A DNA stretch of 64,000 nt from Malacoraja senta (lineage: Eukaryota): the NCBI GenBank assembly GCA_038087875.1, contig CM075990.1:16122001-16186000 (forward strand). Reading direction: 5' to 3'. The notes beneath the pieces are model-generated. The model did not search any database and was not told where the DNA came from. It saw only the letters and a list, made by a program, of their open reading frames with translations. The translations under genes were made by a program, and so were the position numbers. Shown piece by piece: positions 12,680-25,560 of this stretch (within the stretch, counting starts at the first letter, position 1; every line of letters begins with the position of its first letter).

Positions 12680-14402
12680 CAAGTCAAGAGTCAAGATAGT
12701 TTATGACATGTGTCCCAGATAGGACAATAAAAGTCTTGCTTGCTGCAGCACAACAGAACATTGTACGCATTAATACAGATCAGATATGATCAGTGTGACC
12801 ATATACCATAGAATATATATATACACACATAAATAAACAGATAAAGTGCAATAGGCTGTTATAGTTCAGAGTTTGTTTGAAGTTGTGTTTAATAGAAACA
12901 TAGAAAATAGGTGCAGGAGTAGGTCATTCGGCCCTTCGAGCCTGCACCGCCATTCAATATGATCATGGCTGATCATCCAACTCAGTATCCCGTACCTGCC
13001 TTCTCTCCATACCCCCTGATCTCTTTAGCCACAAGGGCCACATCTAACTCCCTCTTAAATATAGCCAATGAACTGGCCTCAACTACCCTCTGTGGCAGAG
13101 AATTCCACAGATTCACCGCTCTCTGTGTGAAAAATGATTTTCTCATCTCGGTCCTAAAAGACTTCCCCCTTATCCTTAAACTGTGACCCCCCTTGTTCTG
13201 GACTTCCCCAACATCGGGAACAATCTTCCTGCATCTAGCCTGTCCAACCCCTTAACATTTTTGTAAGTTTCTATAACATCCCCCCAACATCCCCCCTCAA
13301 TATTCTAAATTCTAGCGAGTCTGATGGCTGTGGGGAAGAAGCTGTTCCTGAACCTGGATGTTGACGATTTCGGGCTCCTGTACCTACCTGATGGCAGCGG
13401 AGAGATGAGTTGTGGCCAGGATGGTGTGGGTCCTTGATGATGCTGGCAGCCTTTTTGAGGCAGCGCCTGCGATAGATCCTCTCGATGGTAGGGAGGTCAG
13501 AGCCGATGATGGACTGGGCAGTTTTACAACTTTTTGCAGCCTTTTCCACTCCTGGACGCTCAGGTTGCCAAACCAAGCCACGATGCAACCGGTCAGCATG
13601 CTCTCTACTGTGCACCTGTAGAAGTTCGAGAGAGTCCTCCTTGACATACTGACTCTCCGTAATCTTCTCAGGAAGTAGAGGCGCTGATGTGCTTTCTTTA
13701 TGATTGCATCAGTGTTCTGGGACCAGGAGAGATCTTCGGAAATATGCACGCCCAGGAATTTGAAGCTATTGACCCTTTCCACCATCGACCCATTGATATA
13801 AACAGGACTGTGGGTCCCCATCCTACCCCTTCCGAAGTCCACAATCAGTTCCTTGGTTTTGCTGGAGTTGAGGGCCAGGTTATTGTGCTGGCACCATTTG
13901 GTCAATCGGTTGATCTCACTTCTACACTCTGACTCGTCCCCATCAGTGATACGTCCCACAACAGTGGTGTCGTCGACGAACTTGATGATGGAGTTCGCAC
14001 TATGTCCGGCTACGCAGTCATGAGTATAGAGTGAGTACAGCAGGGGGCTGAGCACGCAGCCTTGAGGTGCTCCCGTGCTGATTGGGGGGGGGGGGGGGGG
14101 GGGCAGAGGAACAACTCCAGGACTGTTTGGAGTCGGAAGACTGGGTAATGTTTAGGGACTCGGCGGTCGGGGGCACGAGGTCGGGGACTCCCCTCCGTTC
14201 GGGGATTCCCTTACCGTCGCTATCTTCGTTAGTTCGCAGTAGCGCTAATGCATTTAAATGCATTCGCAGCTCGCTAATTACAACGTTGATTTCTGCAGAT
14301 TCTTTGATGCAGGTGAGTTCAGAAATACTATATTTGAAGATATTCTGTTGTGCCGCTGGCAAAATGACGCCGCAGGTAGGCGCCATCTTGGAAAGCTTGG
14401 AA
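12680..14402 (-). mobile_element. Rex1/Babar-type LINE, internally deleted and rearranged, interrupted by CR1
   Basis: RT motifs LSPLLYSLYTHDC..IIKFVDDTTVVG..WCQHNNLALNSSKTKELIVDF (ORF 13384-14055); 3' tail at 12680; 5'-like end aagatggcgcc near 14389. Confidence 0.85.
12894..13320 (-). mobile_element. CR1-type LINE 3' fragment nested in the Rex1-like LINE
   Basis: Near identical to 32903-33498 and 57101-57654; tail ctattttctatgttt. Confidence 0.9.
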
Positions 14403-15553
14403 AGTTTGTACGTTCTCCCCGTGACCTGCGTGGGTTTTCTCCGAGACCTTGGGTTTCCTCCCACACTCCAAAGACGTACAGGTTTGTTGGTTAATTGGCT
14501 TGGTAAATGTAAAAATTGTCTCTAGTGTGTGTAGGATAGTGTTAATGTGTGGGGATCGCTGGTCGGCGTGGACCCAGTGGGCCGAAGGGCCTTTTCCCAC
14601 GCTGAATCTCTAAACTATATATTTTTTAAAGACATGGGTGACTAAGCGCTGGATTTACAGCACAACTAATTCAAGGGCCATATGGGATTATCACGTTGGG
14701 TCATCCAGCCTCGTGGTTAAACAGCATATCTAACGTTATCTAATATTTATGTATAGGAAGGAACGGCAGATGCTGGTTTAAATCGAAGATAGACACAAAT
14801 AGACACTTCTATAGAAGATAGACACATCTCTGGAGAGAAGGATTGGGTGACGTTTCGGGTCGAGACATCTGAAGAAGGGTCTTGACCCTAAACGTCACCC
14901 ATTCCTTCTCTCCAGAGATGCTGCCTGTCCTGCTGAGTGAGTCCAGCATTTTGTGTCTACCTTTATCAAATATATAGTTCCAGTTAAATATTTTGGTATT
15001 GTCAGCAAAACATTTCAAGCATCACATGATGGTGAGCTTTAACATCATCTGTTTCTCGCTGACGTTGCAAATATTTCCATCTGTTACAAGATTCAGTTCC
15101 CGAACACAGTCTGTGGCCTGCTGGAGTGTAGACAGTGGCAGATTAGGCTGGTGCTTTTACCCTTCTTACATTATAGGCCCACAAAGTTATACAGCGTAGG
15201 AACCGGGCCTTCAGCCCAACCTTTCCATGCCGATCTACGCTCATTGCACCTGCTTGTGTATGACCTGTCCAAACCTTTCCTATCCTTGTACCTGTCCAAA
15301 TGGTTTATAGATGTTGTAGTTCTACCTGCTTCTATCACCTCCCCAGGCAAGGCTTTCCTTCAGATCCTCTTCACTTGTCTACATGTTACCAAAGGGCTAT
15401 CATTCACTGTTGTTGAGAAGCAGTACAGGCTGGATTGTTTTCTTTGCAGTAATGGTGGCTGGGGGTGGGGGGGGGACGACACAATTATGAGAGGCATAGA
15501 GAGGGTAAAAAGTAAGAAACACTTCACCATGGCAAAGATGTTAAGTCCATAGG

Positions 15554-15820
15554 GCCAGACACTCGGGTTCAATTCTGACCCCGGGCGCTGTCTGTGTGGA
15601 GTTTGCATGTTCTCACTGTGACTGCGTGGGTTTCCTCCGGGTGCTTTGGTTTCCTCCCACATCACATAGACTTGCGGGATTTGTAGGTTAACTGGCCGAT
15701 GTCCCTCGTGTGTAGGGAGTCAGATGTGAAAGCCGGATAACGTAGAACTAGTGTGACTGATGATCGGTATGAACTCGGTGGGCCGAAGGGCCTGTTTCCA
15801 CGCTGTATCTCTAAACTAAA
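15554..15820 (+). mobile_element. V-SINE copy
   Basis: gggttcaattctgac...ggagtttgcatgttctc...ggtgggccgaagggcctgtttcc...ctctaaactaaac. Confidence 0.8.
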
Positions 15821-18800
15821 CCACAGGCCGTGGACATGAAGTGAGGAGTTAGAGATTTAGTAATGGGAAGATAGATGAGTGGGGGGGGGGGGGTGGATTG
15901 AAGCAAGGTGGATTGTTCTGGTATTGATTTAGTATAGACTTGACAGGCCAAATGTCAACGGCCAATGGTGTTTTATGTCACGCGCAAACGCACAGTGAAA
16001 TACTTTTCTTTTGCATACAGTCCTGTAAAGTATTGCCATATCTGATCACAGTCTCTGATTCTCTTTGTTTAAGGGAGAACTGCAGACGCTGGTTAAATTG
16101 AAGATAGACACAAAATGCTGGAGTAACTCAGCGAGTGAGGCAGCATCTATGGAGAGAAAGAATTGGCGTCATTTTGGGTCTCAACCAATTCCTTCTCTCC
16201 AAAGATGCTGCCTCACCCACTGAGTTGCTCCAGCATTTTGTGTCTACCTCTGATTCGCTTTCCCTGCTGATATAATTATTTGATTCTATAAATGTGATCA
16301 TTGCAGGCGTTTGATTTGAGGTACTGTATCTCAGGAAATGAAGTGCTACTGCCTCTCTTGCTAATTCTGCTAAAGGAACATCAATCACTCTCTTGAACCC
16401 ACCACTGTATTCACGTTCTGTTGTCATGTGCTCAGCTGGGAAGGAATACCAAGCTGGGTAGATGGAAGGCTTGCATTTAACAGAGGGGAACGTGATTTCC
16501 AGTAAAACGTTGCTTTAATAATGACCTGCCCCACTTGTACATTTATGTACATCATCAGTAATAGCGTTCGCTGACCAGGAGATTTATTTTCTTCGATCGA
16601 TCTGCAAAGCACAGTAGGGCAGTCTAGTGTGTATGAAGGAACTGCAGATGCTGGTTTAACCCAAAGGTAAACACAAAATGCTAGAGTAACTCAGCAGGAC
16701 AGGCAGCAGCTCTGGAGAGAATGAATGGGTGGCATTTTGGGTCGAGTCCCTTCTTCAGACAGTAGTAGTCTATAGGGCAGCTGGTGTCACATCAGACAAT
16801 AAGATTCAGAGACAAATCTGAATAGTACATTTTTCTGGAGATTATATTTTTGCATTTTTAATATTGCAATAACACTTTAATAACCTGTGGTCCAACTATT
16901 GGGAAATCTTGATAACTCGGTATCTGGCTCCCAGGGTAATGTTTGCCCCAGTCCCTTCTGGCTTACTAGAGCTCCAACTCCTGCACTCCCATTCAACTCA
17001 CCAGGGCCCTTTCTCATGCCACCTTTCAATTCGCTGTGGCCCTGGTTCTTCCACTCTCTCCAGATTTACCAGGTTCACCAGATACCCTGTAATATGTAAA
17101 AGTGTTGCTATCCAAGAGTCCAGCAATGTCCCAAATGTGTTGGATTATGGAACTTTTACTGTAATGTCTAACCGTGAGGGTACCAGCGGATTATTCCCAA
17201 GGTATTAGTTAGAGCTCAGTGGTTGCATGAACATCTTTGAACGAGAAAGATGCATAATCAGTTGAAGCAAGGAACTCCAGATGCGAGTTTACCAAGGAAT
17301 GTTGGAGTAACTAACATTTGGTCAGGCAGCATTGCTGGTGAACACATATAGGTGATGTTTCGGGTTGCGTTCCTTATTCAGCCAGATTGTGGGGGGAAAA
17401 ATAAATCTAGAAGAGAGGAGCGGCAGGGCAAAGCATGGCAGGTCATTGGCAAGGGGAGTTTTTGATTGCAGATGGTTGGACAATGGCCAGAGATGAACAC
17501 ACACAAGGTGCAAGTTGCATAATCATCTTTGAACCACTCCAGACATTTAGGTTAGCACTAGTTGTGGTACTGAGGGAGTGCATACTGTCTTTGAGATACA
17601 ATGGTAAAGTAGACAATCTCTCAGATAGATGTAAAGGTTGGTGTGTTATTTTGAAATGCCATGGCCGGTTATCCTCCAATCAATATCTCTGAAACATTTT
17701 ATCTGCTCGCTCTTGTTTGTGGAAACTTGCTAAGTGTTAATTGTCTGCTGGCAATTCTAGCGAACATAAAGGCACCACGGTCCTAGATGTTTCACAAAAT
17801 TGACACATTCCTGCAAAATGTTTGTTGAGCAAAATTTCATAAATCGAAAAGGCTGGGTGAAATGCATAATGGACAATTTGGTACCATGGATCACAGCGAC
17901 CGATGTACCTTTATTAAGATACAAAAACAGCTTGGTAAATCAAAGATGGGAATCCCAAAGGGCCAATATGTCACGGTGACATTTTATATATCGAGGAATA
18001 ACTGTATGTAGAGTACAAATCATCCTTTACAAAGTAGGAGTGGGTAATAGTATAAATTAATTGAAGTCTTTTAGAAGAATCTGTCCATGCAAGATTTAGG
18101 TTCAAGATTTGAATTGTGAATGTGTTAACTCCCGTCCAAGGTTAGGTTTAACTTGAATGCAGAGCATGTCAATGAACATACATGTTTGGAACAGGAGTGG
18201 ACCATTCGGACCCTCAAGTCTGCTTCACCATTTAATATCATGGCAGACTTGCTTGTAACCTCACCTCTGTGCTTTTGTCCCCTCGTGGTAACCGTTCACT
18301 CATTTGTTTAGGAAGAATCTACCCTCCCCTTCAAAATATTCAAGGAGCCCCTCCTGCCCTTTGAGAAAGGCAATTGCAAAAAATCTCAGAAAACAAATCA
18401 CCTTATCTCCCACTTAAATGGGTGGCCGCTTATTTTTAAATAGTAACTCCTGATTACGCATGTTCCCAAAGGAGGAAACATCCTCTCCATATCCCCCAGC
18501 GAAAGACATAAAATGCTGGAGTAATGCAGGGGTTCAGGCAGCATCTCTTGGAGAACATGTATAGGTGACGTTTTGGGTCAGGACCCTTCAGACTAATTAC
18601 AGGGGGGGGGGGGGGAAGAATCCTGGAAAAGAGGGTAGGACAGAGCATGGCTGGTAATAGGTGAAATCTCCATGCCCCCCCCCCCCCTCCTGCCACCCTC
18701 CAACCTCAAGAGAGTTTGGAGAATTATATGGTTATATTTGATCGTCAAAGGTTCTTACTTACCTGCACTCCAGTGGATACAAACCTATTTTTACTTCCAT

Positions 18801-18833
18801 GTGGTAAATGACTATTTATCTATAATGGAACAT

Positions 18834-19540
18834 GGACACAGTCCCGTTTATATCAACGGGTCGATGGTTGAAAGGGTCAAGAGCTTCAAATTCCTGGGGG
18901 TGCACATCTCTGAAGATCTTTCCTGGTCCGAGAACACTGATGCCATTATTAAGAAAGCACATCAGCGCCTCTACTTCCTGAGAAGATTACGGAGAGTCGG
19001 TTTGTCAAGGAGGACTCTCTCTAACTTCTACAGGTGCACAGTAGAGAGCATGCTGACCGGTTGCATCGTGGCTTGGTTCGGCAACTTGAGCACCCTAGAG
19101 AGGAAAAGACTACAAAAAGTAGTAAACACTGCCCAGTCCATCATCGGCTCTGACCTCCCTTCCATCGAGGGGATCTATCACAGTCGCTGCCTCAAAAAGG
19201 CTGGCAGTATCATCAAGGACCCACACCATCCTGGCCACACACTCATCTCCCCGCTACCTTCAGGTAGAATGTACAGGAGCCTGAAGACTGCAACGACCAG
19301 GTTCAGGAATAGCTCCTTCCCCACAGCCATCAGGCTATTAAACCTGGCTCGGACAAAACACTGAACTTTATTAGCCAATTAACTGTTATTTGCACTTTAT
19401 CAGTATATTGATTCATGTGTGTATATATTTATAGAATGCCTTGTAGTCAATGCCTACTATGTTCTGTTGTGCTGAAGCAAAGCAAGAATTTCATTGTCCT
19501 ATCAGGGACACATGACAATAAACTCACTTGACTTGACTTG
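18834..19540 (+). mobile_element. Rex1/Babar-type LINE 3' fragment
   Basis: HSPVYINGSMVERVKSFKFLGVHISEDLSW...AHQRLYFLRRLRR...PTAIRLLN; tail gacaataaa + (acttg)n; close relative of 13321-14082. Confidence 0.9.
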
Positions 19541-22500
19541 ACACAAAACGCTGGAGGAACTCAGCTGGACAGGCAGCATCTCTGAATAGAAGGAAGAAGA
19601 GTGTCGACCCGAAACGTGACCAATTCCTGCTATCCAGAGATGCTGCCTGTCTCGCTGAGTTACTCCAGCATTTTGTGTCTACTATTAATTTACCACATGG
19701 AAGTATGTCTATCTTCAGTGTAAATCAGCATCTGTAGTTCCTTCCTACACATGACTATTTATCTATAATGGGATTGAATTGTTTATCCTCTCTGAAATAC
19801 ATTTTTATAGGCAACAGCACACCATTTACTTACTGGTTAAAAAATGATTCCCTCTATATAAACGGCTGCAGGAATTTTGATTTTATGCCAATAGTAAGTA
19901 CATTAGAATTTGATTTTCTTTTTAAAGTAATGCAACACAAGGCCAACAGAGCGGCTTAATACTCAAGGCTGGCTCTCTCCAGCTGGGTTGAAAACTAGGC
20001 TGAATTTGCTTGCAAGGTGAGAAGGACACAATGTCTTTTTTACTCCCATGAGGATAGTTTCACCTGGAAATCCAGCTGGAAGCTGATGAGACTTTGAAAG
20101 CACATTTTTTTAAAGATCGCTTCATCATTCTGTTTTGCACACTCGGCAAAACTGCTCCACTAAATTGGGGCTGGCGTAGGGAGAGTGATTGTTTCAGTAC
20201 GTGAAGCACTGCAATGTCAGGAGAGTTTGGCGTCACACCGAGATGCAGACATATTTTGTGACAGGAGGATGCTGAGTAGAGATTAACACTGAAAGTCAAC
20301 ATCAACGCACAATTCTGCTCACCCCATTTCAGGAAGGGACTGTGTGCTCAATGGAAAGCACTGTGCACTGCAAATGGCTCGACTGCAATCGTGTATTGTC
20401 TTTCTGCTGACTGGATAGCACGCAACAAAAGCTTTTCACTGTACCTCGGTACACGTGACAATAAACTAAACTGATATAAACTGAAGCCCTAAGCTATCCT
20501 GCAGTGTTTCCTGTTATGCAATAGCAGCTACATAGCGTGTAATGCTTTTCCTTGTGACTTGCTTTCATCATTTAAGCTCCCATAGGCAAACCTAACCCAG
20601 GCAAGTATTTGGGAATTCAATGATATCGCTGTCCTCTCCCCTCATCAGTGACTTGGTTGGACAGTGTCTCTTGAACTGGTTCATGACACCACTCAACCCA
20701 GGCATTGCTGCTCACTCAGGACCCTTCTTCACACTGATTCAGACTTGATCGCTCTGAGGAAGGATCCCCACAAAAAGCTTTGTCTGTCCATTTCCTCCAC
20801 AGATGCTGCCTGACCCGCCGAGTTACTCCAGCACTTTGTGAATTGCTCAAGATTCTATCATCTGCATTTCCTTGTATTTCTTGCTCCAAGTGCTCTGAGA
20901 TGTATTTCAGACAACCATATTTAATTAAATGATACCAGTTGGGGTAGCATAGCGATAAAGCTGGTGCAGCAGCTACAGAGACCCCTGCTTGATCCTGACC
21001 CCCCCCCCCCCCAGTGCATTCTGCATGGAGTTTGCATGCTCTCCCTGTGACTGCATGGATTCCCTCCATTTGCACCGTTTTCCTTCCACATCCCAAAGAC
21101 ATGTGGGTTGGCTGCTGTAGGTTGCCCCAAATGTACAGGTGAGTGGGAGAGTCTGGGGGGGGGGGGGTGGATGGAAGATGGGGGGAATAACACTGGTTTA
21201 GTGTAGCAAAGGGAATGGCTGGGTATTTGATTGAAACAAGGACTTTTCTGGGTGACATGACTAACATAAGCACTCATTTGATAGCATTGACAGCTGCTGA
21301 AAGCAGACTGAATGAAGTACCTGTTTCCATTATAATCGATCACATTTTTCATCCGCAGTTTAAAAGCATCATTAAAATCAAATTACGCCTTTGCTAAAGC
21401 ACTCAATATTATCTTTGTGCAATGTAGACAATAGATTAGATTCTACATTTCTTGTCTTCTTCTCAGTTGTTTGTCAATTTCTCTGCTGAGACAGAAGAGC
21501 CAGTGCATTTTGTAGCAGTCACGGTAAAACGCAACACTCAGCCAGAATCTGACTACGGTTGACGGCAATGCTACACTTCAAATTGACCTCTGTACTTTTG
21601 TGTGTAATGCCTGAATTAAAATTGTATGTCAAGGGAGCAGGTCATTTGGCCTTTTGTACTAGCATTGTGTTGGCATTATAATAGTTATCCAGTTCATTCA
21701 ATAATCTGGAAAATATGTTCCTTCTGAGAATGTATTGAATTTTTTTTTAAAGTTCACATTGAATTTGGTTTAACCAATTATCCTAACAGCACATTACCTA
21801 TTCCATCGTAGTACCTTATTTGCAAATAGTGATTATATTAAACCAAAGCAAGGCCAGCAGCATAATCAAGGACGTCTCACCCCAGTCACTCCCTCTTCTC
21901 CCATCAGGCAAGAGGTACAGAAGTGTGAAAAGTGGCAGAGATCAGCCATTTGTATGTTCACCCCATGACCTGCATAGGTTTTCTCCGAGATCTTCAGTTT
22001 CCTTAAAAGACATACAGGTTTGTAGGTTAATTAGCTTGGTATAAATGTAAATTGGCCCTCGTGTGTGTAGGATTGTGTTAGTGTGCAGGGATCGCTGGTC
22101 GGCTCAAACTTGGTGGGCCGAAGGGCCTGTTTCTGTACTGTATAACTAATCTAAACATTCCCTCCGTTCTCTCCACCCCTCCTCTTACTTATTTTCTCGC
22201 ATTTCCTAGTTCTGTTGCAATACTAACTCTGCTGCTCTCTCCACAAGTGTTGCTTGATTAGCTGAATATTTCTAGCATTTTTTTACTGCAGGTGATTTCT
22301 TTGCCAAGGTTTGACCTGATGGCATCAAGTTTTATGGGTTAGAAGTCAATGCTGAGACTCCCAGCCCCACTCCTTCTTGACTGTTTACCTTTGTAATGTC
22401 CACAATAACTGGCATTAAACAGGTTTTCCTTATTCACTATATGGAAAATCATTTTGAACGCTGTTTAATCTGCTTTTAGAAGAATACCTCAGTTTCTCGA

Positions 22501-24118
22501 GCCTCCCTACAAACAAAGAATTTAATCCCTGCAACTATTGCAGTAGAACTCTCTTCTGCATCTTCTAGAAGATCTTGACATTCTTCCTTATGTAGATGCC
22601 TTGATTTGGCTCAATGCCCAGCCTTGGCCTGACCAACACTTTAAATTAGCTTCTTTTATGTTTTTGGGTAAAAGGTTAAAATACATCTCATACACCCCAG
22701 ATGAAGGGTCTCGACCGAAAACGTTATCTGCCCATTTCCCTCCACAGAGGGAAACTTAGTTGGTGCCAGATAGGTGGTGACTCTTTGCATACTTTGTGTA
22801 TTCATAAGTTCATAAGAGATAGGTGCGAATTGGCCATTTGGCCCATCATCTACTCCGCCATTTGATCACGTAAACGGACCTTCCATAAACTTGGCTACTG
22901 TCTGATTCACCTCTACTCCTTTGTGGACATTGGAGTTTGTATTGTGCTCAAAAACAAAGAATTTCACTGAATTTCACAAGAGTATCATTGAATCATCATT
23001 GTCTGACCTGCTGAGCTCCTCCAGTGGTTCCACATCTTTCTGTTCCAGATTCCAGAATCTGCAGTCTCTTGTGCTTTCAAAATACATCACTTCATATTTA
23101 CCCGCATTGTATTTAATGTGTCATTGTCTTGCCCATTTCATCAATTTATCCATGTATGCTGAATTGGCACATGTTATTAGTTGCCTGCTACCTGAATTGT
23201 GCCCAACCTGACAGTATCAAATAATACGAAATATTGTCCACAATATTTGTCCACAATAATATTGTCCACAAACAACACAAATACGGTTGTGAAACAGTAA
23301 TATAATTCCTTAGACCCCGTATTCCAGAAAGCTGCTCTTCTTGAAAGTAGTACAGGAATCTTTTAGCATGATTCCTTTGGTTCTGGCCTTGACTGTTCTG
23401 GGGGAAGCCACGATTTTGTTAAGTTGAGCAATTTGAGTCATTCGCAAATCCAACAATGAAACATCGCAAAGTTTAAACTGATGAAAAGGTGCAATTAAAT
23501 TGAAGAAATTGAGGAACAAGATTAGAGCTGTGTTCTTGTGATGAATAAATCTCTAGTTTCTATTACATTTCTTCTGAACTAGCTTTTCCATCTTGCCGAC
23601 TTCTCATTTCTTGCACATCATGCAAAAGTATCCACAAAGATAAATGCAGCCAATTAGGACATGCGCTCCATTTCAGGATTCCAGGAATATACTGTATCTT
23701 ATCTGTCTGTATTGGCTGCTAAAATGTATGTGCAGCAGACCAGTGTATTTGAAAAGTCATTCAGTAAGTTTCAACTTAAAAGCAGTCTCTCAGCACATAT
23801 ATAGCAAATTGTGAGCAAGTGGATATTTTATGGGGGAAAAGCTCAAAACTATTTGTAATAGCAGTGTTCCACCTCTGTCGACCTTGTAAAGTTTCTCTCA
23901 TGAACATTTGCCATTTGGTCTCCAAATGGAGAGAGCAGCCCCATTGACTCTTCTTTAGTCAGAGGGTAGTTGATCTGTGGAACTCGTTGCCACAGAAGGC
24001 TGTGGAAGCCAAGTTAGTGGAAATCTTTAAGGCAGAGGGACATATTCTTGATTAGAACGGGTGTCGAGGGTTATGGGGAGAAGGCAGGAAAATGGGATTA
24101 GGAGGCAGAGATCAGCCA

Positions 24119-24343
24119 TTTGGACGTTCTCCCCGTGACCCGCGTGGGTTTTCTCCGAGATCTTCGGTTTCCTCCCACGCTCCAAAGACGTACAGGTTTG
24201 TAGGTTAATTAGCTTGGTATAAATGTAAATTGTCCCTACTGTGTGCAGGATTGTGTTAGTGTGCGGGGATCTCTGGTCGGTGCAGACTCAGTGGGCCGAA
24301 GGGCCTGTTTCCAAGCTGTATCTCTAAACTAAACTAAACTAAG
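24119..24343 (+). mobile_element. V-SINE body joined to CR1 3' fragment (23953-24118)
   Basis: V-domain and (taaac)n tail; the same CR1/SINE junction ggcagagatcagccatttg recurs near 21934-21955. Confidence 0.8.
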
Positions 24344-24699
24344 GTGATATTCAGTCAGGATGGCCTTGTTTGGGAATCTTGGGATCTGGCCTCCATGCAA
24401 TCTCATGCCAGTACAGCAGAGAAATCTCCAATTCATATAAAGCCCAGAAATGCTGCAAATACTCAACCAGTAACATGGAGAGAGCAGCAGTCATCTGGGA
24501 AAAGTGAGAAAGCAAACATGTTTAAGCCTGCAGATGGAGGATGAGGAGAACAAAGGGGATGTCTGTGATAGGATGGAGATCGAGTGAGTGCAGGTGGCAT
24601 TAGCTACTGCCCTGGAGAAGGTGGTGAGAGTTTGGTCATCATAACTGACCTATGTAGAGGACGCGCAAATCGAGGGGGAATGGATTTCCACCACAATCT

Positions 24700-25560
24700 G
24701 CGGCATTGTTACGATGCATTCTCGGTCCCCTTCTATACACTCACGAATGTACCACCGCATCCAACTTTAATTCCACCTACAGATTTTCAGACAACATCAC
24801 TGTGGTGGGCCAAGTCCCGAATAATGAATGACGAGACAGAGTACAGGAAGTAGATAGAGAACTGGTGACAACTAGAGAACTGGAGAACTGGTGACATTAG
24901 TGACATGGTGTCAGGACAGTAACCTCTCCCTAAATGGCAGCAAGATGAAGGAGCTGCTTATTGACTTCAGAAAGCATGGTGGAGTACCTGTTCCAATCAG
25001 CATCAATGATGTGGAAGTGGAAATGGGTGAGAACTTCAAGTTTCTTGGAGTTAATATTACCCATGATCTGTCATGGACCAACCACAGTGATGTGACTGCA
25101 AAGAAGACACTCCAACGCCTCTACTTTCCGAGAAGACTGAGGAAATTTGGCATGTCTCCAGAAACTCTAACCAACTTCTACACATGCACCATAGAAAGCA
25201 TATTGTCAGGTTGCATCATAGCTTGATTTGGGAACAGTTCTGCCCAAGACCTCAAGAAATTGCAGTGAGTTCTAGATGTAACCCAGTCCATCACACAGAC
25301 CAGACTTTCCACCATTGACTCTATCTACACTTCACGCTGCTTCAGAGAAGCAGCCAACATAATGAAAGACTTGTCCCACTCTGGTCATTCCTTCTTCATC
25401 CAGCTCCCATCTGGCAGAAGGTTTGAAAGCTGGAAAGCGCACACCACCAGACTCAGGAACAGCTTCTTCCCCTCTGTCATCAGGCTTCAGAATGGTCCTT
25501 CCATAAGCTAGACTACTGTCTGCGTCACCTCTACTCCCTTGTGGACATTGGAGTTTGTTT
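24700..25560 (+). mobile_element. Degenerate Rex1/Babar-type LINE fragment
   Basis: LVTWCQDSNLSLNGSKMKELLIDFRK...FKFLGVNITHDLSW...QRLYF.RRLRKFG with stop codons and frameshifts. Confidence 0.85.

Larger units (their letters stand above)
12577..14617 (+). mobile_element. V-SINE split by nested LINE insertions (head 12577-12679, body 14403-14617)
   Basis: SINE reads ...tacagagtt| and resumes |agtttgtacgttctcccc about 1.7 kb later. Confidence 0.85.

Noticed and set aside
23231..23270. Three short attgtccaca repeats as a CRISPR-like array
   Set aside because: Eukaryotic context, no spacers; a simple slippage duplication.
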